Shown here: in pieces, positions 48,781 through 58,500 of the stretch | Position numbering within the stretch: the first letter of the stretch is position 1 | How the letters are laid out: every line of letters begins with the position of its first letter | Assembly (NCBI GenBank): GCA_044225175.1 | Contig: JBGAJA010000002.1 | Coordinates: forward strand, 280,991-344,990 | DNA length: 64,000 nt | Source: Candidatus Omnitrophota bacterium | GTDB taxonomy: Bacteria; Omnitrophota; Gorgyraeia; Zapsychrales; Fredricksoniimonadaceae | Direction of reading: 5' to 3' | Translations under genes and position numbers: made by a program | Notes under the pieces: model-generated | Seen by the model: the letters and a program-made list of their open reading frames with translations, nothing else | Told to the model about the DNA's origin: nothing | The model's database searches: none

Positions 48781-48813
48781 AAAATAAGTCTCTATATTTA
48801 GGAGAATCTTTAT

Positions 48814-49485
48814 ATGAAGCCTTATGAAACAAAGATAATCTTTATCACAGCAACAGATACAGGGGTTGGTAAGACTGTTGCAACAGCTGTGCTTGGAGTG
48901 CTCTTGCAATCTCAAGGTTTTAGGGTGGGGGTGCTTAAACCTGTTCAGTGTTCGGGGGATGATGCGGCATTTTTAAAGAGAATACTGAAAGTCGCGGATC
49001 CGCTTGCTGTCATCAATCCGATTTATGCCCCTGAAGCTTTGTCACCTCATTTGGCACTCAAACGGGCTGGACTTACATTTGATCTAAAGAAAATCAAACA
49101 ATCGTTATTAATAATGCGTCGCTGCTATGATGTTGTTTTGATTGAGGGGGCAGGGGGATTGATGGTGCCTTTAAGGCCAAATTACTATGTGGCAGACTTA
49201 ATTGGTGAGCTTAAAGCTGAGGTGGTGATTGTTTCCCGCTTAGGGTTGGGGACCATCAACCACACGTTGCTTACGATTAATGAAGCAAAGGCGCGTAAGA
49301 TTAAGATCAAAGGAGTTTTGTTTTCAGATAGTCGTCCTGGCAAAAAGACCCTTCCTGAACAAACAAACCCCCAAGAAATTGCTAAGTTATCTAAAATCAA
49401 AGTGCTTGGAACCATTCCCTATTTGAAATCATTAACTCCAAAGAACATTCTAAAAACATGCCAACACTTAAAACTCAACGTTTAA
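48814..49485 (+). CDS. bioD: Dethiobiotin synthetase
   Basis: The P-loop is ITATDTGVGKTV. GGAG lies upstream of the ATG. Confidence 0.9.
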   Translation: MKPYETKIIFITATDTGVGKTVATAVLGVLLQSQGFRVGVLKPVQCSGDDAAFLKRILKVADPLAVINPIYAPEALSPHLALKRAGLTFDLKKIKQSLLIMRRCYDVVLIEGAGGLMVPLRPNYYVADLIGELKAEVVIVSRLGLGTINHTLLTINEAKARKIKIKGVLFSDSRPGKKTLPEQTNPQEIAKLSKIKVLGTIPYLKSLTPKNILKTCQHLKLNV

Positions 49486-50765
49486 AAGCTATCGATAAGA
49501 AATACCTCTGGCATCCTTTCACCCAAATGAAGGATTGGCTGGCTGATTCCAATCAGCCACTTGTCATTGATCGGGCCCAAGGAGTTTATCTGTATGACAC
49601 AGACGGCCGAAAATACATAGATGGCGTCTCGTCTTTATGGGTCAATGTCCATGGGCATAGACATCCAGTCATTGATCGAGCCATCAAACAACAAATTGAC
49701 CGCCTAAGTCATTCCACATTACTAGGTTTGGCAAATACCCCTGCTGTTGAGCTGTCTAAGAAGTTAATCGACATTGCTCCCAAAGGTTTATCTAAGGTCT
49801 TTTATTCTGACAATGGATCAACCGCGGTTGAAATCGCCCTCAAACAAGCTTATCAATATTGGCAGAATGTAGGACAGACAAAGAAGCGAACGCTCGTGCA
49901 TTTATCTAACTCTTATCATGGAGACACATTAGGGTCAGTCAGCGTCGGGGGCATAGACTTATTTCATACGGTGTATGGGGGGCTTATATTTAAGACGATT
50001 GGACTTAAAGCACAGGGCCCGGGGGCGACCCAGGAATTTGAACATCTTCTTAAGACCAAAGCATCTTCTATGGCTGCCTTAGTTGTGGAACCTTTGGTAC
50101 AGGGAGCAGCAGGGATGATTATGTGGCCTAAAGGGGTGCTCAAGGAATTTAGAAGATTATGCACAAAGTACGATGTCTTTCTAATTGTCGATGAAGTAGC
50201 CACCGGATTTGGCCGTACAGGTAAGATGTTTGCCTGTGAGCATGAGAATGTGACCCCAGATTTTTTATGCCTAGCCAAAGGTCTAACCGGCGGCTACCTG
50301 CCGCTTGCCGCCACACTTACAACTGAGAAAGTCTACAATGGATTTCTGGTTCAAAAAGGTGTCAGACACCTTTTTTCTACGTTCTTTCATGGACATACGT
50401 ATACCGGTAATCCTTTGGCTTGTGCGGCCGCCTTGGCAAACTTGGAAATTTTTCAAAAAGAGCGTACTTTAGACAAGCTGGCCCCAAAAATTAAATTCCT
50501 AGCCCAGGAATTGAAAATGTTTTATAATCTGCCCTCTGTTTTGGATGTCCGCCAATGCGGCTTTATGGGTGGAATTGAGATCAAAGGACGCCCCGAAGAC
50601 CGCCTAGGTGCCAAGATTTGTCAGGAACTTCGAGCTAAGGGAGTCCTATTAAGACCTTTAGGCAATGTGATTGTCATTATGCCGCCTTTGGTCATCACGA
50701 TTAAAGAATTGAAATATTTATTGGAATGTGTTTATCAAACAATTAAAGATCATGGAACAAAATAA
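49458..50765 (+). CDS. bioA: Adenosylmethionine-8-amino-7-oxononanoate aminotransferase
   Basis: The protein is a class III aminotransferase with DEVATGFGRTG. It carries one 23-bp palindromic element in frame (QKGVRHLFS). Confidence 0.93.
   Translation: MPTLKTQRLKAIDKKYLWHPFTQMKDWLADSNQPLVIDRAQGVYLYDTDGRKYIDGVSSLWVNVHGHRHPVIDRAIKQQIDRLSHSTLLGLANTPAVELSKKLIDIAPKGLSKVFYSDNGSTAVEIALKQAYQYWQNVGQTKKRTLVHLSNSYHGDTLGSVSVGGIDLFHTVYGGLIFKTIGLKAQGPGATQEFEHLLKTKASSMAALVVEPLVQGAAGMIMWPKGVLKEFRRLCTKYDVFLIVDEVATGFGRTGKMFACEHENVTPDFLCLAKGLTGGYLPLAATLTTEKVYNGFLVQKGVRHLFSTFFHGHTYTGNPLACAAALANLEIFQKERTLDKLAPKIKFLAQELKMFYNLPSVLDVRQCGFMGGIEIKGRPEDRLGAKICQELRAKGVLLRPLGNVIVIMPPLVITIKELKYLLECVYQTIKDHGTK
50353..50375. 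repeat. 23-bp palindromic element, copy 1: aaaaaggtgtcagacaccttttt
   Basis: It lies inside bioA and is read as K-G-V-R-H-L-F. Confidence 0.85.
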
Positions 50766-51834
50766 AGACAAAACAGTATTTGTGGCTATGTCAGGCGGAG
50801 TTGATTCTTCCGTTGTGGCAGGATTAATTAAAGAGGCTGGCTACAAGACCGTTGGTGTTACCATGTGCTTTAATATCACCCACAGTGATGGGAAAGCTTC
50901 CTGTTGTGGGATTGAAGGCATTGCGGATGCTAAGCGTGCTGCAGAAATCATCGGTATTCCCCATTACGTCTTTAATTTTGCGGCTGATATTAATGACTTT
51001 ATCATCGATAACTTCGTCGATGAGTACTTAAAAGGCCGCACCCCGAACCCTTGTGTGCGCTGCAATCAACATCTCAAATTTGGAACTCTCTACGATAAAG
51101 TTAAATCCTTAGGTGCGGATTATATTGCAACGGGACATTATGGAATCATTGACCGCAATGACGGGCAGTATGAGCTAAAGAAATCCGTCGATGAACGTAA
51201 GGACCAGTCTTATTTTCTTTACAGTATGAAAAAAGAAACTCTGCCGTCTGTTCTTTTTCCTTTAGGAGGATTAACTAAAGGAGAGGTACGTGATTTAGCA
51301 CGTAAATTCCATCTTAATACGGCAGACAAACCCGAAAGCCAAGACATTTGTTTTGTACCAGCTGCCGGGTATAAAAAATTTATTGAAGATCGCGTGGGAA
51401 AAGAAGTGATGGTTCCAGGAGATTTTATGGATGAGAATGGAAAGGTCGTAGGTCAACACAAGGGAATTGCTAATTATACGATTGGTCAGCGGGATAAATT
51501 GGGGATTGCCTTAGGTTATCCTGTGTATGTTTATAAGATTGATTCTCAAACCAACACTGTTCATGTAGGGAATCTTGAAAAACTCTATTCCAAAGGATTA
51601 GTGGCTTCCCAGGCCAATTGGGTGAGCATGGAAATTCCCAAAGAAAGCATAGAAGTATGGGCAAGAATTCGTTATAATTCTCCTGAAGTTAAAGCCAAAC
51701 TTACAGCGACGGATGAGAACACAATTCGGCTTGATTTTTATGAGCCGCAAAAATCCGTCACACCAGGACAGTCAGTCGTTTTTTATAAAGACGATGTGGT
51801 TTTAGGTGGAGCAATTATAGAGAATTCTATTTAA
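50752..51834 (+). CDS. mnmA: tRNA 2-thiouridine(34) synthase MnmA
   Basis: The PP-loop is VAMSGGVDSS. The ATG at 50752 overlaps the last codons of bioA. The ORF-track start at 50728 is probably upstream of the true start. Confidence 0.88.
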   Translation: MEQNKDKTVFVAMSGGVDSSVVAGLIKEAGYKTVGVTMCFNITHSDGKASCCGIEGIADAKRAAEIIGIPHYVFNFAADINDFIIDNFVDEYLKGRTPNPCVRCNQHLKFGTLYDKVKSLGADYIATGHYGIIDRNDGQYELKKSVDERKDQSYFLYSMKKETLPSVLFPLGGLTKGEVRDLARKFHLNTADKPESQDICFVPAAGYKKFIEDRVGKEVMVPGDFMDENGKVVGQHKGIANYTIGQRDKLGIALGYPVYVYKIDSQTNTVHVGNLEKLYSKGLVASQANWVSMEIPKESIEVWARIRYNSPEVKAKLTATDENTIRLDFYEPQKSVTPGQSVVFYKDDVVLGGAIIENSI

Positions 51835-51849
51835 TCCGAGGATAAACCT

Positions 51850-52494
51850 ATGTTAAGAATTTTTTCCATGCTCGTTGTTTTGATGTTAGTGTCCAGCCTT
51901 GTCTTTGCTCAAGCAGTAAATCCAGCCCGCGAATATGAACGAAGAAGAAATTCTGAAGCCCCTGCCGATGGCGTTTGGTATGTCTATGATCGTGAAGGAA
52001 ATCTTTCCAAAGAAGAACATTACAAAACATATCGTTTAGATGGTGAAGTTAAAAGTTTTTATAAAAGTGGTGCTATTAAAGCTATTACTCCTTATGTGGA
52101 TGGTTTTCGTGAAGGTTTAGAGAGAACATATTTTGAAAAGGGCGGTTTAATGGGTGAGAATACTTACTCCAGAAATAATCTCAATGGAACAAGCCATCAA
52201 TATTACGACGACGGTTCTCTTCAGCAAGAATCAAATTACCTTAATGGCCAGCTCAACGGCGTTACAAAGATTTATTATAGAAATGGAAATTTAAAACAAG
52301 TTTGGAACTACAAGCTTGGTGTGATTAATGGGACAGTCCTTAATTATGGTGAGGATGGACAAATTAAATCAGAAGATATTTATTCCAAAGGCGAAATAGC
52401 TTCCCATAAAGATTATGTGAATGATGTTTCTACGCTTGTAGCTGGTGAAAAAGCTCCAGCACCAGCAAGTAAGACCCCTGCCGCTAAACCATAA
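51850..52494 (+). CDS. MORN-repeat protein with a signal peptide
   Basis: The signal peptide is MLRIFSMLVVLMLVSSLVFA. Repeated YxDGxLxxExxYxNGxxxG (MORN variant) units follow. Confidence 0.7.
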   Translation: MLRIFSMLVVLMLVSSLVFAQAVNPAREYERRRNSEAPADGVWYVYDREGNLSKEEHYKTYRLDGEVKSFYKSGAIKAITPYVDGFREGLERTYFEKGGLMGENTYSRNNLNGTSHQYYDDGSLQQESNYLNGQLNGVTKIYYRNGNLKQVWNYKLGVINGTVLNYGEDGQIKSEDIYSKGEIASHKDYVNDVSTLVAGEKAPAPASKTPAAKP

Positions 52495-52512
52495 TAGATA
52501 GAAAGCCGCGCC

Positions 52513-53781
52513 ATGATTTCTTTAAACACGGATTATCTCAAAGGCTTCGTTAATAACGAAGACATTCAAAAAACTTTACCTGAAATTAAAACTGCCCACG
52601 AGGCTTTGCATTCGGGAACCGGCAAGGGTTCTGAATTTACTGGCTGGCTGGATTTGCCCTCTCGCATCTCTGATGATTTGATCAAAGAACTTCAAACATT
52701 GGCCCAGGATGTTCAGAGAGATTGCGATTGTTTGGTTTCCATCGGTATCGGTGGTTCGTATTTAGGGATTCGTGCGACGGTGGAATTTTTAGGTGGGAGC
52801 AAACTTCCTATTTATTATGCTGGGCATAATATCAGCAGCGACTATTTGCATGGACTTTTGGAAACGCTTAAAGATAAACGACCTGCGGTTGTTGTGATTT
52901 CCAAGTCAGGTACAACGACGGAACCTGCCATCGCTTTTCGTGCCATTAAAAAATTATTAGAATCAAAATATACACCTGTAGAATTAAAGAAACGTATCAT
53001 TTGTGTGACGGATGAAAAGAAAGGTGCTTTGCGCCAAATCGTCAACAAGAACGGCTATCGTTCATTTGTGATTCCTGATGATGTGGGCGGACGGTTTTCT
53101 ATTTTGACGCCAGTTGGTTTGGTTCCTTTAGCTTTAGCTGGTGTCGATATCAAATCTTTAGTTGATGGGGCTAAAAAGGCCCAAGCTGAATACGCTCAAA
53201 TGGATTTAGAGAAGAATAATTGTTATCGCTATGCCGCCATCCGTAATGTTCTTTATCGCAAGGCCAAGAAGATTGAAGTGGTTTCCTCATTTTATCCGCA
53301 AGTGCAGTTTGTAGCCGAATGGTTTAAGCAATTGTTTGGTGAGAGTGAAGGTAAGGATGGGAAAGGGATTTTTCCTGCATCCATGATTTTCTCGACGGAC
53401 CTACACTCTATGGGGCAACAAATGCAAGACGGAGAACGTAATATCTTTGAAACATTTATTGCCATTGATAAACCAGCGCACGATGTCATTGTTCCTCATG
53501 ATGAAGATGATTTAGATGGTTTTAATTATGTGGCGGGAAAGACATTTGACTTCGTCAACAAAAAGGCTTATGAAGCAACGTCAGCGGCACACTTTGAAGG
53601 TGGTGTTCCTAATATGACACTCACCTTGTGTAAGGCAGATGCCTTTCATCTAGGTCATTTATTTTTCTTCTATGAGAAGGCGGTTGCAATCTCGGGGTAT
53701 GTCTTGGATGTAAATCCCTTTGATCAGCCGGGTGTTGAAGCCTACAAGAAAAAAATGTTTGCCCTTCTTGGCAAAAAATAA
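52513..53781 (+). CDS. pgi: Glucose-6-phosphate isomerase
   Basis: SIGIGGSYLG and GGRFSILTPVGLVPLALAG are PGI signature blocks. The length is 422 aa. Confidence 0.9.
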   Translation: MISLNTDYLKGFVNNEDIQKTLPEIKTAHEALHSGTGKGSEFTGWLDLPSRISDDLIKELQTLAQDVQRDCDCLVSIGIGGSYLGIRATVEFLGGSKLPIYYAGHNISSDYLHGLLETLKDKRPAVVVISKSGTTTEPAIAFRAIKKLLESKYTPVELKKRIICVTDEKKGALRQIVNKNGYRSFVIPDDVGGRFSILTPVGLVPLALAGVDIKSLVDGAKKAQAEYAQMDLEKNNCYRYAAIRNVLYRKAKKIEVVSSFYPQVQFVAEWFKQLFGESEGKDGKGIFPASMIFSTDLHSMGQQMQDGERNIFETFIAIDKPAHDVIVPHDEDDLDGFNYVAGKTFDFVNKKAYEATSAAHFEGGVPNMTLTLCKADAFHLGHLFFFYEKAVAISGYVLDVNPFDQPGVEAYKKKMFALLGKK

Positions 53782-53784
53782 TTT

Positions 53785-55407
53785 ATGCCTTCGGTCATTG
53801 AAGTCCGTAATCTTAAGAAAACCTTCCGATCTCGCAGGGAAATCATTGAGGCTATTAAAGACACCGATTTAGACGTGGAACAAGGAGAAGTTCTTGGGAT
53901 CCTTGGTCCCAATGGTGCAGGAAAAACCACATTTCTAAACACTCTTTCTACCCTTCTTTTGCCTGATAGTGGTTCCATTAAGATCCTGGGAATCGAATCC
54001 ACCCCTAGAAATTTCTCTTCCATCCGCAGACTCATCAATATGTCTTCGGGTTATCCTAACTATGCGTTTAGTCTAACTGTGAAAGAGAATCTGGAATTCT
54101 ACGGCAGGCTTTATGGATTAATGGGTAAGCCTCTTGAGAAAAAGATCGATGAGGTGATGGAGCTCTTTTTATTGACGACATATGCCAATCGCAGGTTTGA
54201 TGAATTATCCTCGGGGACTAAGCAGCGTTTATCTTTGGCCAAATCATTGCTGAATGATCCAAAGATTCTTTTCTTAGATGAGCCTACGATTGGATTAGAT
54301 CCAGATGTAGCCATTCAAACGAGGGAAGTCGTTAAACGCATCCTTAAAGAACGCCAAATGACTGTCCTTTTTACCAGCCACAATATGGCTGAGATTGAAG
54401 AAATGTGTGAACGTGTGGCGTTTATTCAAAAAGGGACGATTGTAAAGCTTGCGGCTATAGATGAGCTCAAGCGCCTACATAAAACCGACAATTTAGAGCA
54501 AGTCTTCATTCAACTCTCCCGAGAGACCCAAACTACCCAAATTAAACAAAAAGGTGCCCAAAAAGGTGTCAGACACCTTTTTGAAGAATCGCAACCTCAA
54601 AAAAGGTGTCAGACACCTTTTTCACTATCCCAGTGGTTCAATCGTTGCTATGCCTTTACATTTCGCAGTTGTATATTTGCCATCCGCAATCTCTTTGTCA
54701 TGACAGATGTTTTTTTCTGGCCCATGATCAGTTTGATTTCTATGGGGCTTATGTTTAAGTTTGTCCATCTTGAAAATCATGTGCTGGAATTTGTCATGAC
54801 AGGAACTTTAGCTGCAGGTGTCCTGCAAATTGTCCAGTTGGATGTAGGCTATACGATTCTTTATGAGCTGTGGTCCAAAAGTCTTAAGCACACCATGTTA
54901 ACTCCAGTTGGAACAACCGAAGGGGTGGTTGGAACTTTGCTTTCTGGTATATTTCGTGGAACTATTAGTTTTATTATTCTAGCCATTGCAGCAGTTTGGT
55001 GGTTTGGCTTTGAACTTCCGCCTTTTGGGGTAACGCTGGCATTTTTATTAGGAATTTTTGGATGCGCTTTAATTTTGGGAATTATTGTAAACATTCTCAT
55101 TTTATCTTTTGGCCAAAAAGTCGAAATCACCGCTTGGATGTTTGCCCATTTATTCCTCATTTTATGCGGAATTTATTACCCCATAGATGTTTTGCCAGAC
55201 GTTTTCCAAAAAATAGCATTAGTGGTTCCAATTACCCACTTTTTAGAGTATTTTAGGCAATATTATGGATTTAAAGCCCACACAAACAATCCATTGATAT
55301 ATGGATATGGTTTAACAATGATTTACATTTTTGTCTTTTTACACTTCCTTTCCCAATCCTACATTCGCGCCCGCCAAAAAGGCATCATCATCCGCCTTTC
55401 GGAATAA
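53785..55407 (+). CDS. ABC-2 type exporter with the ATP-binding domain fused to a 6-TM permease domain
   Basis: Walker A GPNGAGKTT is present. The ABC signature is LSSGTKQRLSLA. Walker B is ILFLDEP. Six hydrophobic helices of ABC-2 type follow. Two palindromic elements lie exactly at the domain junction. Confidence 0.85.
   Translation: MPSVIEVRNLKKTFRSRREIIEAIKDTDLDVEQGEVLGILGPNGAGKTTFLNTLSTLLLPDSGSIKILGIESTPRNFSSIRRLINMSSGYPNYAFSLTVKENLEFYGRLYGLMGKPLEKKIDEVMELFLLTTYANRRFDELSSGTKQRLSLAKSLLNDPKILFLDEPTIGLDPDVAIQTREVVKRILKERQMTVLFTSHNMAEIEEMCERVAFIQKGTIVKLAAIDELKRLHKTDNLEQVFIQLSRETQTTQIKQKGAQKGVRHLFEESQPQKRCQTPFSLSQWFNRCYAFTFRSCIFAIRNLFVMTDVFFWPMISLISMGLMFKFVHLENHVLEFVMTGTLAAGVLQIVQLDVGYTILYELWSKSLKHTMLTPVGTTEGVVGTLLSGIFRGTISFIILAIAAVWWFGFELPPFGVTLAFLLGIFGCALILGIIVNILILSFGQKVEITAWMFAHLFLILCGIYYPIDVLPDVFQKIALVVPITHFLEYFRQYYGFKAHTNNPLIYGYGLTMIYIFVFLHFLSQSYIRARQKGIIIRLSE
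54560..54582. repeat. 23-bp palindromic element, copy 2: aaaaaggtgtcagacaccttttt
   Basis: It lies in the ABC gene linker and is read as K-G-V-R-H-L-F. Confidence 0.85.
54600..54622. repeat. 23-bp palindromic element, copy 3: aaaaaggtgtcagacaccttttt
   Basis: It lies 40 nt after copy 2 and is read in a different frame as K-R-C-Q-T-P-F. Confidence 0.85.
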
Positions 55408-55563
55408 TCCAATAAAAAATAGGGTGAACTCACATTTTTAGAAGAAACAGGAAGTTGCCCCTATTTTTGAGAAAGCGTTATCTCAAAGAGGGGTTCTAAG
55501 CCTTGTTTTCGTCAACTTTAGGTGTAATACTTTAGGTATATTAATAAGCAGTATATAAAGTAT

Positions 55564-58500
55564 ATGAGAACCCCCATATCTATCCTAACTTTGATGTGTT
55601 TCTTTTTCACAAGCATATGTGGCCCTATGCCTGTGAATGCCCAGGAAATTCATTTAACAAAACCTGGGGTAATGGTCCATTTAAGCACTCCTGTAACCCC
55701 ACCTCTACTCAAAGGAATCAAGGTCCATCCAGACAACCCATTTAGGTTCGATTTTATCCTGGATACAGGGTCACGTTCCGTCGATGATGCACATAAATTG
55801 AAGGAAGAGTCCAACCGACTAATCAAGTACTTTTTAGCCTCTTTAACCATTCCCGAAGCGGACCTTTGGGTGAACCTAAGCCCCTATGAAAAAAACCGCA
55901 TTGTCCCCGAAAGCTTTGGCCAAACCGAGATGGGACGTGACCTATTAGCCCAGGACTACATGCTAAAGCAGATCACAGCCAGCCTTATGTACCCAGAAGA
56001 TGAGATAGGAAAGAGATTCTGGAGAAGAATCTATGAAGAATCAGCCAAAAGGTATGGAACAACCAACATTCCAGTCAACACATTCAACAAGGTATGGATA
56101 GTCCCCGAGAAAGCCGTAGTCTATGAGAATGCAAAGGCCGGAACAGCCTATGTAGTGGAATCCAGGCTGAAAGTGATGTTAGAAGAAGACTACGTAGCCT
56201 CCAAAAAGGTGTCAGACACCTTTTTGAAGGGGCAGAGTGATAAAAAGGTGTCTGACACCATTTTGCACAGTCAGATCATACGGGAGGTTGTTATTCCTGA
56301 ATTGACCAAAGAAATCAATGAAGGATCCAATTTTGTGCAGCTTAGGCAGGTTTATAGTTCCTTGATTTTAGCTACTTGGTACAAGAAGAAGATCAAGGAT
56401 TCACTATTGGCGCAGGTGTATGCGGATAAGAATAAGGTCATGGGTCTTGGGTATATGGGAGGCGGATCGGAACAGATTTACCAACGATACCTCCAAGCTT
56501 TTAAAAAAGGCGTTTATAACTACATCAAAGAAGAACCCGATCCCATAACCCAACAATCTGTCCCTCGAAAATATTTCTCTGGTGGAATGGCATTTGATCA
56601 TGCCATGAATGTAACGATTAAATATACGGGTGAAATTGCAGGTCCAATTAATTCTGCCATGCAAGTGACTGTTGATATGTCAATAGCAAATCATGTAGAG
56701 TTAGAGCATTCTACCGACCAAGCTATGAGCGCAGTCCTCCATCAAAGCGATTTGCCCAGGCTATATTGGGGAAATATTGTTCAGCGTTTAATCTTTTCTT
56801 TAGTGGATCGCTTTAGAACCGGCGAGAACATTCAAAGAGAGGATCTTGTTACATCCGCACAGGCGCTCACACAACAATTTACCCCTGAAGCTACTGCTTC
56901 TGAAAAGCAATTATTCGAAGATGTTATGAAAGGGGCAGATCTAAAAGGGTTAGGTAAGACAAGGTTAAATGTCGCTACCATTATGGCTGCTTTTATTGCT
57001 CAACAAGCTATTGGGGCAGATACAGATTCTCAAGAATTCACTAATGTTTATCTGCCAAGAGATATGGGCTTAGGATACACCATTGAAAAAACGTTAGCAT
57101 CATTAAAAGATGAGACAAGAGAACCTGGCATATATTATCTTAGTCGAGATAGTTTGGAAGAAGGAGTTTATTCAAGAGTCAGCAACATTATTGAGAATGT
57201 AAAAGCCAAACAAAAATTAATTAATGCCTTAGCAGAGACTCCTAAAGAGCGAAGACGGATATTTATTCAATACGTAGGTCGAGAGATCATGGAAGATGAT
57301 CTTTGCAGACCAGCCGCAAAAAGGATTCTTAAAGAATTAAAAGAGTTGGGCATTATTAAGAACAACGCCAAATTAAGATTCGTGGATACAGGATATAAAA
57401 CTTTTCCTATCATGCTTCAAGCCATCATCGCTGCAGCGAGTGAATTAGATGCTTTTCATATTCAAACGGAAGGCCTCGTCATTAACAGTTCCATTGAAGC
57501 TTATCTTGATCAAATTGATCCTAAGAAGTGGGACGCGCCATCTCAAAGACTTGCTTCATTCAATCCTTTTTCAAAATTAGCAAGACCGGGAATTTTGGGA
57601 TTTATGGAGGATGACAATGCCTTACCTCACCCATTTCGGTTTAGCAAAACTCATAAAGGAATGGTTGCAACAGACGCCAAAACACAAAGAGAAGCGTACG
57701 CAACTCAGATTATGTTTGGTTTTGGTGCGATTGAATATCAGAGGTTAATTGATGAATTAGCTAAAAATTTGCTCGCTCAAGGGGTTTCAAAATTAGATTC
57801 TAAAGAGATATCTCAAGAATTAATTGCCCAGTTGGTAGGCCTCACTAAAGCAGACCAGAGTGATGATTATGTGCGAGAGCTAGATATAAAAACCGACCTA
57901 TATTTTACTGAGTTCAAAACAGTCTTTGCAGGTCGTATGAATTCAATGCAAAACAACATTCATGACGTCTATGGTTATAAGGATTTTAAAATAAAAGAAA
58001 TGAACCCGGATATTTTATCAACTATCCTGAAAATATCAGAAGAGAAATACAAGATAGATGTCAGTTTTCACAGATCGATTAAAGAATTTTATCCAAGAAA
58101 AGAACACATGAATTTTCTAAGTGCTAATTTTAAAATAAAAAACGAATTAATTTTCGATACAATCTCACAATTTAAAAAGGCTCCACATGAATCAAAACTA
58201 AAATCTTTGCTTTTTTATTTTAAAAAATTTGGAAAATTAATTAATACTCCAAGAAATCTTTTCAAAGACTCACAAGAAAAAGAAGATACTGACCCTGCCA
58301 TGAAATCCTCTAAAACCATAAAAAATGGAATCATCGGCGCAATTGCAGCAGCTATTACAAGTAGTTTGAGCGGTTGTTATACATCTGAGGCGGGGAAGAA
58401 TTATCAAAATACCTTGGAACGTAGAAAAGAAGTCATTCCCGCCAAAGAGGGAGACCACACTCCCTTATCAAGTGCAATTTGGGATTCATCTATTGAAAGA

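Noticed and set aside
55411-55470. Inverted repeat aaaaataggg ... ccctattttt after the ABC gene, considered as a possible terminator
   Set aside because: The arms are separated by about 35 nt and are AT-rich. This is not convincing as an intrinsic terminator and may simply be promoter-region AT content upstream of P1.
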